A stretch of DNA of 64,000 nt from an uncultured virus (IMG/VR IMGVR_UViG_3300044858_002734) (IMGVR_UViG_3300044858_002734); one strand, 5' to 3'; shown: positions 9,598-20,217, counted from the first letter of the stretch. A program made the numbers and translations. Notes: generated from the letters alone by a model not told the origin.

Positions 9598-11085
9598 ATG
9601 CCCACAAAACGGAAATCAAATAAAGCGGATACTGTAGATGTACCTGTTCAGGTAATGCGGCAGTTACTCTTTGGTAATACTACTGCTGGCATATCTCCGT
9701 CTCGTATGGACTTCATGAATAGGACTGGTACGCATAATCAGTTCTCTGGTACACGCAATATACGTGAAGTTGCAGGTTATCCAGAAACATTAGCCTTCGA
9801 TGACTACCTTACTGCTTATGATAGGCAGGATGTAGCAACCCGTGTTATCGAAACCTATCCTGATTATACATGGATTGATGTGCCGAACATCTATGAGACA
9901 GAGAAACCTAAAGATACCAAGTTTGAAAAGGATATTAAAGCGTTATTTCAGTCGGGTACAGTCGTTTCTACCTTACGTGCGCTAGACATCCTAGCGGGTA
10001 TTGGTGAATTTGGTCTGCTTGTTATAGGTATAGATGATGGGGGCAAGCTAGATTCCCCTACTCTACCTATTAGCAAGTCGCACAAAATCATGTATATGCG
10101 CCCGTATACGGAAGGTGAAGTAGTAATCAAGTCATGGGATACTGATCCTACTAGTGAACGGTACATGATGCCGCTAACTTATCAGATAACTCCTGCTGAA
10201 TATACTGCAAAATCGTCCACATTGCCGATGATTAGCACAAACTTTATCGTGCATCATAGCCGTTGCATCCATTTTGCGGACAATGCACTCAACAGTGTTA
10301 TCTATGGTACGCCCAGATTGAAACGGGTATATGATCGTTTAATGGATATACTGAAAATTGTTGCTGGTTCTGGCGAAATGTTTTGGCGTGGTGCATATCA
10401 AGGGTTCAGTTTTGAAGCTGAAGCTGACGGCGAATTTAGCGACGATGACAAGACCGCCATGAAAGACTCCATTCAGAAGTATTTGATGGGGTTAGACCGC
10501 GCAATGCTGCTTAAAGGTGTTAAAACTAATCCACTCGCTCCCTCCGTATCTAGTCCAAAGGAACATTTAGACGCACAACTGACTATGGTGTCTATTGCCT
10601 CCCGTATTCCTAAGCGGATTTTGACAGGTAGCGAGATGGGTAAGTTAGCTTCTACACAGGATGCGGCTAACTGGGCACAGCAAATTAAAACACGGCGTAC
10701 AAATGTAGCATCTCCTAAGATACTGCGGCCTTTTATCCAGTTTTGTGTCAAGAACCACATTATTGCTGCCCCGGTAGGTGCAGAGGATGCCTTTACAATT
10801 GAATGGCCTGCACTAGAGTTGCCTACTGACAAAGATCAGAGTGAAATCGCCATGAATTTCACTAATGCGCTTGTGCAGTACGCCACAAACAATCTGTATG
10901 TAGTGATTCCGTTCAATCTATATCTGCAGAATGTCTGGAATTATCCTGTTGAACGTGCTAACGAGTTCTCGGCACAGTTTAACACTGCTTCCTTTGAAAA
11001 GTTAAGCAAAGAACTAAAGGAAAAGCCTGCTACATCCGGTGTACAGACACCCAAAAGTACGAAAAATGAGACACCTGAACCATAG
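9598..11085 (+). CDS. Portal protein (DUF1073-like)
   Basis: Follows terL; VHHSRCIHF, GSGEMFW, IPKRILTGSE.G.LAST.D..NW motifs. Confidence 0.9.
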   Translation: MPTKRKSNKADTVDVPVQVMRQLLFGNTTAGISPSRMDFMNRTGTHNQFSGTRNIREVAGYPETLAFDDYLTAYDRQDVATRVIETYPDYTWIDVPNIYETEKPKDTKFEKDIKALFQSGTVVSTLRALDILAGIGEFGLLVIGIDDGGKLDSPTLPISKSHKIMYMRPYTEGEVVIKSWDTDPTSERYMMPLTYQITPAEYTAKSSTLPMISTNFIVHHSRCIHFADNALNSVIYGTPRLKRVYDRLMDILKIVAGSGEMFWRGAYQGFSFEAEADGEFSDDDKTAMKDSIQKYLMGLDRAMLLKGVKTNPLAPSVSSPKEHLDAQLTMVSIASRIPKRILTGSEMGKLASTQDAANWAQQIKTRRTNVASPKILRPFIQFCVKNHIIAAPVGAEDAFTIEWPALELPTDKDQSEIAMNFTNALVQYATNNLYVVIPFNLYLQNVWNYPVERANEFSAQFNTASFEKLSKELKEKPATSGVQTPKSTKNETPEP

Positions 11086-11088
11086 TAC

Positions 11089-11117
11089 TTGACAGAATCC
11101 TTATAATTTAGTAACTT
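11089..11117 (+). promoter_or_regulatory. sigma70-type promoter
   Basis: TTGACA-17-TAACTT. Confidence 0.5.
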
Positions 11118-11134
11118 ATAACAAAAGGACAATT

Positions 11135-12382
11135 ATGGCAGAACTGGTAACTTTAGCAGCAACAAAGGTAGATTCTAGTACACTTCAACTTAGAACATTG
11201 AATGGTCGTACCTATCTCGTTGGCCCCGTAGTAATGGCTAAAGAACAGGTAATGAATGAGTTGCTTTATCCTAAAGATGAACTTTCTAGGGGTTGCCCCG
11301 GTTGGAATGGTAGACCCGCAACTGTAGGACATCCTAAAGTAGATGGCAAACACTGCTCCGCAAATGTCCCTGCTATCTTAGAAGCAAACCAGATTGGGTT
11401 TATCTTTGACTCCAATATGGACAATGACAAGTTACGTGCGCAGTTATGGATTGATGTAACGAAACTTGATATGTTCCCTGAAGTACGAGATGCGATTGCA
11501 AACGGTGTTATGCTAGAAGTGTCAACAGGTTTGATGCTAGATATGACTACGGACGAAGGTATGTTCAACAATGTTAAGTACAAGGGTAAAGCAGTGAACC
11601 ATTTACCTGACCATTTAGCCTTGCTACCCGGTGACGTAGGCGCGTGCAGCATTAAGGATGGTGCAGGTTTCCCTCGTATCAACCGTATGTTTGCAGGCAA
11701 TGAAGTTGCATTTGCTGAACGTAATCGCCTGTTACGTGCAGCATTAACTACATTATACACTGACACATACTTTTACCTAGTTGAACTATTTGATGGTAGT
11801 GTAGTCGTTGAAAATCAGAGTAAACTATTTGCACATACGTATGAGTTAGATAAAGAAACTGGTAAAGTTACATTGGGTGCACCAGTAGAAGTGTTCCAGA
11901 AGATAGACTATCCGCCAATCACACAATTAGGAGTTAATACAATGACAGAAGCAGAGAAGAAAGCGAAGGATGAAGCAGATGCACTAGTCAAGGCTAATGC
12001 AGATGCAGAAGCAGCGGCTGAGATAGCAGCGGATGAAAAGGCCAAAGCTGACGCGGAACTTGCGGCTAATGCTGAGAAGGCAAGAGTAGAGGCAGAGAAT
12101 GCTGAGAAGGCACGTATCGCCGCACTACCGTCACCTGAAGTTAATGAAGCACTAGAGTTTCTCAAGTCTGAAAAGGCTAAGCTAGTTGCTGAAATCCTTG
12201 CTAACAAAACAAATACTTTCACAGAAGTTGAACTAAACGAAATGAAGTTTGGACAACTGCGTAAGATTGCTACACTAGCGACACCAACCCACGCTAATGT
12301 AGATCGTGCTGGTTTGGGTGGCCCCGGTGGTATGTCTGCCAATGGGAGTATTGTTGATGAATCCCCCTACATTGGGGCTTAA
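11135..12382 (+). CDS. Prohead protease/scaffold (DUF2213-like)
   Basis: WNG.P...GHP, EVSTG, PDHLALLP..GACS..DG; Ala/Glu coiled-coil C-terminus. Confidence 0.85.
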   Translation: MAELVTLAATKVDSSTLQLRTLNGRTYLVGPVVMAKEQVMNELLYPKDELSRGCPGWNGRPATVGHPKVDGKHCSANVPAILEANQIGFIFDSNMDNDKLRAQLWIDVTKLDMFPEVRDAIANGVMLEVSTGLMLDMTTDEGMFNNVKYKGKAVNHLPDHLALLPGDVGACSIKDGAGFPRINRMFAGNEVAFAERNRLLRAALTTLYTDTYFYLVELFDGSVVVENQSKLFAHTYELDKETGKVTLGAPVEVFQKIDYPPITQLGVNTMTEAEKKAKDEADALVKANADAEAAAEIAADEKAKADAELAANAEKARVEAENAEKARIAALPSPEVNEALEFLKSEKAKLVAEILANKTNTFTEVELNEMKFGQLRKIATLATPTHANVDRAGLGGPGGMSANGSIVDESPYIGA

Positions 12383-12394
12383 TAAGAGGTAACT

Positions 12395-12877
12395 ATGGCT
12401 GTAACACAAAATTCAGTTATTGTGCGCTCGTTTAATGAGGTGTGGGAGGATGGTACTTTTGCACACACTTCTTCGAGTTCAGAAGTAATTTACCCCGGAT
12501 ACTTGGTTTACCAGTATTCTGGTGGTATTACCACAGGCGACCCTGCCGCTCTTCCTACATATCGCGTAAATGCTGATATCAATTACCCACCCGTAATCGT
12601 ATTTGAAAACGATCTCGCTGGTGAGACGATTGACGACGACATTGCTTCTGGCGATTACATCCGTGTCAAGTTCCTTGCTCCGGGTGAAAAGTATGTTGTA
12701 TATGGACAGGCCACAACCGCAATCGCAGTTGGCGACCTACTCAGTCCTCATACAGACGGTAAGGTTATCGCGCACAGTGGGCCGGGTAACAACGCCCAGA
12801 CCCTCTTCCGTGCGGAAACTGCAGTAGCCGCTGACGCTACTGATACCCGCCTAGTTGTTCGTGTTCTTCGCGTCTAA
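12395..12877 (+). CDS. Capsid decoration/cement protein
   Basis: Lies between protease and MCP; PG.LV and AVGD.L...DG pattern. Confidence 0.65.
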   Translation: MAVTQNSVIVRSFNEVWEDGTFAHTSSSSEVIYPGYLVYQYSGGITTGDPAALPTYRVNADINYPPVIVFENDLAGETIDDDIASGDYIRVKFLAPGEKYVVYGQATTAIAVGDLLSPHTDGKVIAHSGPGNNAQTLFRAETAVAADATDTRLVVRVLRV

Positions 12878-12892
12878 TGAAAGGAGTATATT

Positions 12893-14008
12893 ATGGCTTT
12901 TGCACCATTCATGGTTAATATTGATGAAGCGAACATTCCAGTCATTGGCGAGTTTAACGCTTTTGATGTGAATGCCAAACGCCCCTATCGTGGGGAGAAG
13001 CGTACTGACCTTGCTTACATTACCGAATCTGCTGGTAATGACGCTGAAGGTAAGCCTGCTTACAAGGCTCGTTGCGTTGGTGTTGCCAATGCTTCCACCT
13101 TACTTCGGGATGAGTGGAAGGTTATTGATGACGCTATTGGCGTAGCCCGTCAGAAACGGATGAACTTCGTAAACTGGCTGATCTCAAAGGGTTGCGTAAT
13201 TGACATTCCTAATGGTCTAGGCGTTACACAGTACGAATGGCAGAACATTGGTAGTCTCTCTGGCGCAGACATCAGCATGGACGGCTTAAAGCAGGGTGAT
13301 ACTGATCGTGTTGAATACACATCGGCCACCATGCCCCTGCCGATCATCAGCAAGAACTGGCGTCTAAACCTCCGCTATCTTGAGGAAAGTCGCCGTAAGG
13401 GTATGCCTATGGATACCTACTTCATGGCTGAGACTGCACGTATTGTAGCCCAGTATGTAGAGTCTATGGCAGTTACGGGTGTTGGCAGCTTTAAGTTTGG
13501 TGGCGATACAGTCTACGGGCTGCTTGACTCCCCGAACGTAGAAGCGGTTACTTCCGGTAGCGGCGTGTTCACAGTAGCATGGGATGATGCTACCGCCACA
13601 GGCACAGGTATTCTGGCTGACGTTCGCGCAATGGCACAGAAGCTGAATGACAATCTGCGCTACGGCCCGTTCGCTATGTGGCTACCGCAGAAGTATCAGC
13701 TTGCACTTGCTAAGGATTACTCCACCGAGTATCCCAAGACGATTGCACAGCGGATTCTTGAGACTGGTATCGTTTCTGAAATCCAGTACAGCGATTACTT
13801 CACACAGTCTGGTGGTAAGGATCGCGTGGTCATGATGGAAGCCTCTAAGGAAACTATTGCTATCGTTCGCGGTATGGAGTTCCGCGATTTCGAGTGGCAG
13901 AGCCTTGGCGGGTGGGTCATGGAACACAAGGTTGCCGGTATCTATGCTCCGCTAATTCGCGCCGATGCGGGTAGCAAGTATGGCATCGTCAAGGCTACCT
14001 TGGGTTAA
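12893..14008 (+). CDS. Major capsid protein (HK97 fold, linocin/encapsulin-like)
   Basis: LLRDEW..ID, PLPII.K.W, VYGL...PN, YGPF; size and position. Confidence 0.88.
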   Translation: MAFAPFMVNIDEANIPVIGEFNAFDVNAKRPYRGEKRTDLAYITESAGNDAEGKPAYKARCVGVANASTLLRDEWKVIDDAIGVARQKRMNFVNWLISKGCVIDIPNGLGVTQYEWQNIGSLSGADISMDGLKQGDTDRVEYTSATMPLPIISKNWRLNLRYLEESRRKGMPMDTYFMAETARIVAQYVESMAVTGVGSFKFGGDTVYGLLDSPNVEAVTSGSGVFTVAWDDATATGTGILADVRAMAQKLNDNLRYGPFAMWLPQKYQLALAKDYSTEYPKTIAQRILETGIVSEIQYSDYFTQSGGKDRVVMMEASKETIAIVRGMEFRDFEWQSLGGWVMEHKVAGIYAPLIRADAGSKYGIVKATLG

Positions 14009-14030
14009 GGTTTGATACCAAAGTAGCGTC

Positions 14031-14064
14031 AGGGTATGCCGGTAGTAATATACTGGCATACCCT
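14031..14064 (+). terminator. Hairpin after MCP
   Basis: AGGGTATGCCGGTA/TACTGGCATACCCT stem. Confidence 0.65.
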
Positions 14065-14082
14065 TCATTATATAAGGTACTT

Positions 14083-14721
14083 ATGATTTCCATACTTATG
14101 ACACCTTGTTTTAAGACAGGTGAGTTTCAGGCACAGTACGAAACAATAAGTAAGACGATTGGGTGTGAATTTGAGGTGCTATGCACACTGATTAACGGTG
14201 ATCCTGAACGTGATTGGTTTGAAGCATACTTTAAGGCAAACAATATCAGATACCTAAAAGTACCAGATTTAGGATACACTACTCTGATAAATATACTAGC
14301 AGCACGCGCATTAGGTGACATAATGTTATACATTGCACCTACTACGACTATAGACGAAACTGAACAAGACTGGGGTTTGAAAGTAGTTGCAGCATTAAGT
14401 GATAAGGATAGAATCTGCGGCGCGATACTGTCACTAACACATAATGATTTACATTGCAGTGGATTGGCTATACCGCAACGGACATTTGTTACACTAGGCT
14501 ATTACAATCATCCACTATTTGAAACACAGGTATATGGTACTAGATGGAACGCCTCCGTCTTGACAGAGTTCAAGCGATTGTATAATATAACTTGTGGAGT
14601 CACATATCAGAATGTATCTGACACAGATATGTATAAAGCGGATAGATTACTATTTGACATTACCCGTGCAGCACGAATCACGGTAGCAAGCAGACTAGAA
14701 CAATTTATGGAGGTCACATGA
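14083..14721 (+). CDS. Glycosyltransferase family 2-like protein (degenerate)
   Basis: MISIL..., FEVL, G....N..A..A.GDI and ..TLGY pattern of the GT-A fold; DxD not evident. Confidence 0.55.
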   Translation: MISILMTPCFKTGEFQAQYETISKTIGCEFEVLCTLINGDPERDWFEAYFKANNIRYLKVPDLGYTTLINILAARALGDIMLYIAPTTTIDETEQDWGLKVVAALSDKDRICGAILSLTHNDLHCSGLAIPQRTFVTLGYYNHPLFETQVYGTRWNASVLTEFKRLYNITCGVTYQNVSDTDMYKADRLLFDITRAARITVASRLEQFMEVT

Positions 14722-15116
14722 CAGAAGGAACGCCCCTGATTAGTGACGCGGAACTAAAGAGTATATGTAACGAATTAGACAGTACGGCAGTTACCACTTT
14801 GTTTATAAGTTCAGCACACAGTATTGTATGGGAATACTTTGGCACTTCTACTGCGTATACTGCTGCGAGACTGAAACTAATTGAGTTATACTTAGCTGCT
14901 CACTTTGCTGCTATTACAAATCCAGTAAGTTCGTTTGAAGGTGTAGGTAAGGTACAGCAATCTGTACAATACAAGGTAGGATTAGGATTACAGTATACCA
15001 AGTATGGGCAACAGGCACAGATGTTAAGCGGCGGTACATTACTGGGTAAAAAGATAAGTATTACATGGCTTGGCACGCTTCCTGCTGATACGGAGACCGT
15101 CTATGCAACTAATTAA
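14718..15116 (+). CDS. Head-tail adaptor
   Basis: IELYLAAHF and TKYGQQA motifs. Confidence 0.75.
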   Translation: MTEGTPLISDAELKSICNELDSTAVTTLFISSAHSIVWEYFGTSTAYTAARLKLIELYLAAHFAAITNPVSSFEGVGKVQQSVQYKVGLGLQYTKYGQQAQMLSGGTLLGKKISITWLGTLPADTETVYATN

Positions 15117-15474
15117 GAAGTGCAGAATCCATGACGCAATACTGTGGCGCAGTAAGGGTGACAATGGCCGTGGTACTAGCGTATATGAATTACCTGTACA
15201 AATTAAATGCAGATGGGAAGGGCTTGAATCACAACAGTTTACCGCTGATAGCATAGAGCACAGGTGTAACTCACTTGTACTTGTTGACCGTGATATAAAA
15301 GTAGGCGATATACTAAAGTTAGGACTACTAACTGCAGAAGTTGGTGACACTACTGACCCTACTTCACTGGATGACGTGAGCTTTGTGCGGAAAGTGGAAA
15401 AGACTCCTACACTCCGCAATGCAGATATGACTAACTTTGACAAGGTAGCATGTTACGCTTATCTAGGGCAGTAA
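15103..15474 (+). CDS. Head closure/stopper protein
   Basis: A.LW....D..G...Y..P..I.CRWE; synteny. Confidence 0.65.
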   Translation: MQLIKKCRIHDAILWRSKGDNGRGTSVYELPVQIKCRWEGLESQQFTADSIEHRCNSLVLVDRDIKVGDILKLGLLTAEVGDTTDPTSLDDVSFVRKVEKTPTLRNADMTNFDKVACYAYLGQ

Positions 15475-16158
15475 ATGGCAAACTTACGGCATAGTATATT
15501 TAGAGGGGGTAGATACTCGCACGGTAGTTATGTTAAAGGACTACTGAATCCTGCTAATGGACTAGTTCAGATACATGTCAATTCAATGGGATGGGATAAA
15601 GTATATGCTAGGTTACGCAGTATACCCCCATCTGTACAGATTTCAATATCTGCTGCATCGCGGCGTAACGCAAAGAGTGTAGCAGAAACCGCAAGGGAAA
15701 ACGCACCAGAGGATACAGGCGCATTACGAGAAAGTATACAGGAAGTACCGACTGCAAACCCCTTAATGTGGACGGTAGAAGCAAACACACCGTATGCCTA
15801 TTTTGTAGAAGATGACATACATACGAGTTATACCATTAATGGGCCACCCCCACCCTCTGTATTTGGTGACAGTGAAGGGCAAGGGCCACCACAAGGGGCG
15901 CATTACATGGAAAGGGCCATTGCTGACACGGAAACGGCCAGTAGTGAAGCTATGGAAGCTGCGGTAGCTGTAGGCATAGGTAAGGCTATGACAATGGCAA
16001 CAAGGGGCAAGGGCGCGAACCTAGATTTTAAGACAGGAAGGGCTAAAGGTGCATTTAGTTTCTTGAAGTCTGCTAGTAGTGCGGGATTTGGTGTTCCATC
16101 AGTAAATAATGGTGGTGAAATCACACCTTTAGACATGGCAATAAGAGGTATAGAATGA
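15475..16158 (+). CDS. Neck protein (HK97 gp10-like)
   Basis: APEDTGALRESI, TPYA.FVE, YMERA. Confidence 0.8.
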   Translation: MANLRHSIFRGGRYSHGSYVKGLLNPANGLVQIHVNSMGWDKVYARLRSIPPSVQISISAASRRNAKSVAETARENAPEDTGALRESIQEVPTANPLMWTVEANTPYAYFVEDDIHTSYTINGPPPPSVFGDSEGQGPPQGAHYMERAIADTETASSEAMEAAVAVGIGKAMTMATRGKGANLDFKTGRAKGAFSFLKSASSAGFGVPSVNNGGEITPLDMAIRGIE

Positions 16159-16553
16159 AAAGTTGTGCGGAAGAAATCATGGATTACTGTGCTAGTAAGG
16201 GAATAGGCAAGGTAGGCGAAACCCTGTTTTACCCTCGTGCGCTCGACAAGGCTAAGGAAGCAGTTGTGTTTTCTGACCCTGATGGGGGAAAGTTTGAACG
16301 CAGACTAGACGCTATAGCCTATGAGCATGACTTAGTAGACGTATTTGTACGTACTGATACCCCTAGTCGTGGCTATGAGCTAGTAGACAGGATTCGTGTT
16401 GTTGTTGAGGCTATGAAGGGGTATACTAGTCCTGATAAGACTAAATATGAGTCTGCATTACTTGTATCACCCCCGAAACTGATTTATGGGAAAGCAGACA
16501 TGTATATACACTGTTTCCTTATAAAAGTCATGCGACGCAGTGTGCGTACTTGA
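16155..16553 (+). CDS. Tail terminator
   Basis: Size and synteny before the tail tube. Confidence 0.6.
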   Translation: MKSCAEEIMDYCASKGIGKVGETLFYPRALDKAKEAVVFSDPDGGKFERRLDAIAYEHDLVDVFVRTDTPSRGYELVDRIRVVVEAMKGYTSPDKTKYESALLVSPPKLIYGKADMYIHCFLIKVMRRSVRT

Positions 16554-16578
16554 CGTTCTCACTGAATAATGGTATTCT
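16550..16578 (+). promoter_or_regulatory. sigma70-type promoter for tail tube
   Basis: TTGACG-17-TATTCT. Confidence 0.6.
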
Positions 16579-16606
16579 TAAATAAACCCTAACTAAAGGA
16601 GTTATT

Positions 16607-17047
16607 ATGGCTGATATTGGAAAGAACGCATTTGAACCATCCGGTACTACTATGTCTATCGGTAGCACATGGACTGTTTACGGAATTGAGATTACCCCGC
16701 CTGCTTGGGATGGTGGTGATGCTATTGATATTACTACACTAGGTAATACAGAATTTAAGACTAAGATGGCACAGACATTGAAGGACGTTGGAGAATGTTC
16801 CTTTAGTGCGCACTACGATCCATCCATCTTTGCGTCTGCACCTATCAACACTAACAGTCAGATTGTCATTACAATCCCTAACTGGGGGTCACTGACATTC
16901 TACGGATACCTTCGTAGTCTGACACCTTCTGCTCTTACAGTTGGCGAAGCTGCTAAGATGGATGGCGTTATTGTTGTTACCAATACCGTTATTTCAGGTG
17001 TTGGGTCTGCTCGCACGATCACTGAAACTGCCCCAACTTGGGCCTAA
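16607..17047 (+). CDS. Tail tube protein
   Basis: ITPP...AIDITTL, D.GE.S....YDP, F.GY; AAAGGAG RBS. Confidence 0.8.
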   Translation: MADIGKNAFEPSGTTMSIGSTWTVYGIEITPPAWDGGDAIDITTLGNTEFKTKMAQTLKDVGECSFSAHYDPSIFASAPINTNSQIVITIPNWGSLTFYGYLRSLTPSALTVGEAAKMDGVIVVTNTVISGVGSARTITETAPTWA

Positions 17048-17064
17048 GATAAGAGAAAGACTAT

Positions 17065-17445
17065 ATGATTATTTCTGATGTATCAGCACTAAACAAGTAC
17101 CTGAGCAAGCCAAAGGCTGTAAAGCTGGATGAGGATACCACTGTCCTTGTCAAGCAGTTACGGAACGCGGAACTTGTTGCATTACAGGAAAAGTGCAAGT
17201 CGCTAGAAACTACGGAAAATGGGACGCAGAATACCCAACCGATTGCAGAGTTACTGGCTTCACTACTTGTAGATGAGAAGGGTGCGCTACTTTACACTAC
17301 ACCTGAACAGATTGCTGACCTTGCTAGTAATGTAACATTAGATTTCATTCGTGTATTCTTCCTGCGTGTATGGGAAGCGTATGGGTTCAGTGAGAAGGAG
17401 TTGGCTTCTGCGGAGGCGCAATTTCCACTCCAACCCAATCCTTAA
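17065..17445 (+). CDS. Tail assembly chaperone (G-like)
   Basis: LVDEKG motif; lies between tube and tape measure. Confidence 0.75.
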   Translation: MIISDVSALNKYLSKPKAVKLDEDTTVLVKQLRNAELVALQEKCKSLETTENGTQNTQPIAELLASLLVDEKGALLYTTPEQIADLASNVTLDFIRVFFLRVWEAYGFSEKELASAEAQFPLQPNP

Positions 17446-17761
17446 GTTTAAGTTCAGGTTAGCTATGGCATTGGGGCGTACAGTGGAAGAACTGGATGCC
17501 TCAATGACCACGGATGAGTTTTACCAATGGATAGCGTACTCCACGCTAGAACCTTGGGGTGAAGATCGTGCAGACTGGCGATCAGCACATACTAATGCTT
17601 TACTGAGTAGTTTGTTAGGGTCGGGCAAGAAGCAAATCAAAATCACTGACTACCTGTTAAAGTTTGAGAAACCTAAAGCTAAACCTGATGCAGGACTATC
17701 AGTTAATGAGCGGAATAAGTTAGCATTACAGCGTATGTTTCCTACGAATAAGAAAGGATAA
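17423..17761 (+). CDS. Tail assembly chaperone frameshift extension (T-like)
   Basis: FRLA.ALGRTV.EL..M...EF..W.AY...EPWGE.RAD; overlaps G in the +1 frame. Confidence 0.7.
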   Translation, partial: FHSNPILKFKFRLAMALGRTVEELDASMTTDEFYQWIAYSTLEPWGEDRADWRSAHTNALLSSLLGSGKKQIKITDYLLKFEKPKAKPDAGLSVNERNKLALQRMFPTNKKG

Positions 17762-17763
17762 GC

Positions 17764-20214
17764 ATGACAAGTTATCTTGGTGTTATTCGTACAGTGATGC
17801 TGGCTGATACGTCGCAATTCAATCTTGCTATTCGTAGCGCGTCCAAAGAGATGCGCACTAGTGCAATGCAAATGCGCACGTCTGCGCAATCTCTTGTTGG
17901 CATTGGTGCAGCACTCAATCTAGGTATCACAATACCCACCCTACTTGCTATTCGGGCAATTAGTAAGGTGGGTATTGAATTTGATACCAATATGATGAAG
18001 ATTCGGAACGTCACTGACATGACTTCCGATACACTTACAAAGTTTAGAGACGCCCAAAAAGGTATATCCAGTACCGTTGCTATGTCCCAACTGGATTTAT
18101 CGAAAATCGCATATATTGGCGGTCAAGCACAGTTAAAGACTGTAACGCAACTTACTAATTTCCAAAAAGCCATTGCCAACGCGCAACTTGCTTACCCTAG
18201 CGATGCGCCTATAGAGGCTGTTGCGTCAGGTTTTACCAGTGTCATTAACTCTTTTGGTATTCAGTCTAGTGATTATGAAAAGACAATGGCTGAGATGATT
18301 CAGACCATTAACTTGGGTACGATTTCATGGGAAGAGTATGCTAATACGATTAAGCAGGTAGTAGCAGTATCATCCTCTTTGAGAGACCCTGACGCGTTCC
18401 AGAAACTGAATGTAGCTATGGCTATGGCTACGCAAGGTGGTGTATCCGGTAAGTCAGTAGCCACCGCTATTCGTAATATCTATACCCGTATCTGGAAAGA
18501 AAGTTCACAGTCCAAATCAGGTCTCAACTTTGTTGCAAAGCAGCAAGGGTATAAATCTGCTGCTGATATGTTTGAATCCGGTGCTGGTAAGGATTTAATA
18601 ACATATATCAAGATGGTTACGAATGATGGAAAGAACGCCACTCCTGAAATCGCTACTGCATTAGGAATGATGCAGCGTGAAATCACTGCTTTCCTTAAAC
18701 TTGCCAATGCCAATCCTGTGCAGCTTGCCCAATTCAGAGAACAGATGGCAACTGCGCACCCTGATTTTATAAAGAAGGTAGCGGAGGCACAGAGTAACCC
18801 ACAGACTATAATGGCTAGGATGTCCGCCGCTTTTACTAATCTTAAACTAAGTTTCTGGCAAGTAATTGGCCCCAAGTTATTAAAATTTGTTGAGGCATTA
18901 ACAAGGTTAATTGATACGATAGGTAGACTACCGGATGCAACAAAGAAACTATTGTTTGCCTCCACTATGATGCTATCGGTGGGTTCCGCTTTTCTACTGT
19001 TAACTGGCATATTGAAGTCAGCTATCTTTACCTTATCCCTTTTAAATGCAGGCAGTATAGGCAATGCGGTAACAGGTATACCCAGTAAGAAGAAACTAGC
19101 TGGTATGACTACGACGCAGTTACTACAAGTAGCTGCTGCGCAAACTGGAGTTTACGGTGTTGGTGTACCTAATCCCGCTAAAATGCAAGGCCGTGGCCCC
19201 AATGGACGGTTCCTATCCTATGCGCAAACTGCAGGCAATAACAAAAACCTGAATAGTATGGGTGGGGCAGGCATAGGTGCGTTCTTTGCCAAGCTAGGTA
19301 AATCTTTTAAAGAATTACTTGTATCTGTTGGTCGTGCAGGTATTGCTTTCACTAAGTTTCTAGGTATTGCGGCACTTGTATACCTGTTCTTTAAGGGACT
19401 AGCCGATGCATTATCAGTGACCCTTATCCCCGCATTAGACGGGTGTGGTCTAAATATAAAGGCATTAGGTAAGACCTTCGAGTGGGTAACTTTTATATTT
19501 AGTATTCTTACTAAAACAATAGGTGGTGCATTCGTACTAATTATAAGTACAGTTGAGACTATTTTTGGTGTTATAATAGAGTTGGTAAAGGCTATCTGGC
19601 ATGCGTTTGAATGGGTAGGTAAGAAGGCGTGGAGTTGGGTAACAGGTGAGGAACCTGCAGCTAGGGAAAAGCCGTTTATCTACCCCAATATGCCTGCTAA
19701 AGGTGCAAATGAATCGCAGCAGCAGTATGAGGAACGTGCGATAAAGTATGATGACGCGAAAGCTAAGGCAGAAGCGGAGTGGAATAGAGCAGAACAAATA
19801 CGTTTATCTGGTACTGATTTTACAGGTATAGGCAAAGAACTAAAGTATTTATTTACTGGTGGTGTATTTGAAAAGAATATTCAGGCGTACCTTGATAAAC
19901 TTATGCCCTCTATACCAGAGGTACCTGCTCCGGTGCTGGCAGAACCAGAAACATCAGCAGTACCTACTACACCAGATAGTGCCCTGAATGAGTTATTAAT
20001 CGGGGCGCGGGGGCAAAATGCTGACTTTGCAGAGTATGGCACACAGGCAGGATTTAACGCAACACAGGACGCGCAGAATTCTGTAACTAATGCAATTGAC
20101 CGTTTAAGGGACGAAGTACGTAAACAAAGTAGTGAGTTAGCGGGATTACTTAGAGACGGTAATGATGAGCAAAAGATTACAAATGAAGTAATAATTGACG
20201 CTGTTACGGAGTAA
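17764..20214 (+). CDS. Tape measure protein
   Basis: 816 aa, helical, ADTSQF and T.P....FD..M motifs, hydrophobic C-terminal half. Confidence 0.9.
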   Translation: MTSYLGVIRTVMLADTSQFNLAIRSASKEMRTSAMQMRTSAQSLVGIGAALNLGITIPTLLAIRAISKVGIEFDTNMMKIRNVTDMTSDTLTKFRDAQKGISSTVAMSQLDLSKIAYIGGQAQLKTVTQLTNFQKAIANAQLAYPSDAPIEAVASGFTSVINSFGIQSSDYEKTMAEMIQTINLGTISWEEYANTIKQVVAVSSSLRDPDAFQKLNVAMAMATQGGVSGKSVATAIRNIYTRIWKESSQSKSGLNFVAKQQGYKSAADMFESGAGKDLITYIKMVTNDGKNATPEIATALGMMQREITAFLKLANANPVQLAQFREQMATAHPDFIKKVAEAQSNPQTIMARMSAAFTNLKLSFWQVIGPKLLKFVEALTRLIDTIGRLPDATKKLLFASTMMLSVGSAFLLLTGILKSAIFTLSLLNAGSIGNAVTGIPSKKKLAGMTTTQLLQVAAAQTGVYGVGVPNPAKMQGRGPNGRFLSYAQTAGNNKNLNSMGGAGIGAFFAKLGKSFKELLVSVGRAGIAFTKFLGIAALVYLFFKGLADALSVTLIPALDGCGLNIKALGKTFEWVTFIFSILTKTIGGAFVLIISTVETIFGVIIELVKAIWHAFEWVGKKAWSWVTGEEPAAREKPFIYPNMPAKGANESQQQYEERAIKYDDAKAKAEAEWNRAEQIRLSGTDFTGIGKELKYLFTGGVFEKNIQAYLDKLMPSIPEVPAPVLAEPETSAVPTTPDSALNELLIGARGQNADFAEYGTQAGFNATQDAQNSVTNAIDRLRDEVRKQSSELAGLLRDGNDEQKITNEVIIDAVTE

Positions 20215-20217
20215 ATT

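Noticed and set aside
9598..11085. Anti-CBASS Acb1 label sometimes attached to this family
   Set aside because: Size, motifs and position after terL indicate a portal
12893..14008. Encapsulin/linocin nanocompartment
   Set aside because: Sits in a complete phage head operon, so it is the capsid protein
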